Shown piece by piece: positions 63,068 to 64,000 of a stretch of DNA of 64,000 nt. Each line of letters starts with the position of its first letter. Position 1 is the stretch's first letter. Both the position numbers and the translations under genes were made by a program. Origin of the DNA: Ranitomeya imitator (Eukaryota); assembly GCF_032444005.1 (NCBI RefSeq), contig NC_091289.1, forward strand, positions 5,394,001 through 5,458,000, in the 5' to 3' direction. The notes under the pieces were generated by a model. That model searched no databases and was not told where the DNA came from. It saw only the letters and a program-made list of their open reading frames with translations.

Positions 63068-63205
63068 AGGAGCAGCCACCGGAAAGACCAGAGCTTATAG
63101 CAAGAGGGGTCATGGGGGCAGGACTGTCATGGCTGATAACAGGGAGTAATAGATTGTATTGATTATCCTGCAGGACTGCACGTTCTGTCGTTTCCCTCTT
63201 TTCAG

Positions 63206-64000
63206 AGGATTAGATACACAGCTCAGCAGACAGTATCACACAGGATAGGATTAGATACACGGCTCAGCAGACAGTATCACACAGGAGAGGATTAGATACA
63301 TGGCTCAGCAGTCAGTATCACACAGGACAGGATTAGATACACGGCTCAGCAGTCAGTATCACACAGGAGAGGATTAGATACACAGCTCAGCAGTCAGTAT
63401 CACACAGGATAGGATTAGATACACAGCTCAGCAGTCAGTATCACACAGGAGAGGATTAGACAGCTCAGCAGTCAGTATCACACAGGAGAGGATTAGATAC
63501 ACGGCTCAGCAGACAGTATCACACAGGATGGGATTAGATACACAGCTCAGCAGTCAGTATCACACAGGGGAGGATTAGATACACGGCTCAGCAGACAGTA
63601 TCACACAGGATGGGATTAGATACACAGCTCAGCAGTCAGTATCACACAGGGGAGGATTAGATACACGGCTCAGCAGTCAGTATCACACAGGATAGGATTA
63701 GATACACAGCTCAGCAGTCAGTATCACACAGGATAGGATTAGATACATGGCTCAGCAGTCAGTATCACACAGGATAGGATTAGATACGCGACTCAGCAGA
63801 CCGTATCACACAGGAGAGGATTAGATACACGACTCAGCAGTCAGTATCACACAGGATGGGATTAGATACACGGCTCAGCAGACAGTATCACACAGGATAG
63901 GATTAGATACACGGCTCAGCAGTCAGTATCACAGAGGACAGGATTAGATACACAGCTCAGCAGTCAGTATCACACAGGAGAGGATTAGATACACGACTCA
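63206..64000. repeat. 41-bp minisatellite (GGATTAGATACACAGCTCAGCAGTCAGTATCACACAGGAGA), runs off the window
   Basis: Direct tandem copies. Confidence 0.95.

Noticed and set aside
63190-63215. Strong acceptor TTTCCCTCTTTTCAG as exon 2 of the downstream gene
   Set aside because: In the required phase it reads E-D-stop and runs straight into the 41-bp repeat.
1-64000. CRISPR-like arrays or prokaryotic defence systems
   Set aside because: All arrays are head-to-tail repeats without unique spacers, there are no cas-like ORFs, and the DNA is eukaryotic with spliceosomal introns.

Overview
Vertebrate genomic DNA, most likely from a frog (inferred from the protein sequences and the CR1/L2/T2-MITE/Harbinger repeat content). 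It carries the conserved ARHGDIB - ERP27 - MGP gene block, all on the + strand. I reconstructed all three spliced coding sequences by hand with canonical GT-AG junctions and consistent phases: ARHGDIB (5 coding exons, 200 aa), ERP27 (7 exons, 264 aa, ending KTEL) and MGP (4 exons, 99 aa). At 62654-62714 there is a fourth, orphan signal-peptide exon with its own TATA box and the same 61-nt phase-1 layout as MGP exon 1, probably the start of an osteocalcin/MGP-family paralogue that continues beyond the window. The window also holds one intact tRNA-Arg(CCG), a young 5'-truncated CR1 LINE with an unbroken RT frame, L2 tails and several MITEs with clear TIRs and TSDs. Roughly 60% of the window (my estimate from array spans) is tandem minisatellite, with units of 13, 15, 20, 21, 28, 33, 38, 41, 56, 57, 81/85, 86 and about 145 bp. 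Almost all long ORFs in the supplied track are translations of these arrays and are not genes. The most notable unexplained structures are a 6.8-kb array of about 118 co-oriented CTCF-like motifs between ERP27 and MGP, the orphan exon, and signs of an upstream MGP promoter or exon. I found no clearly new biological system; the candidates below are hypotheses.
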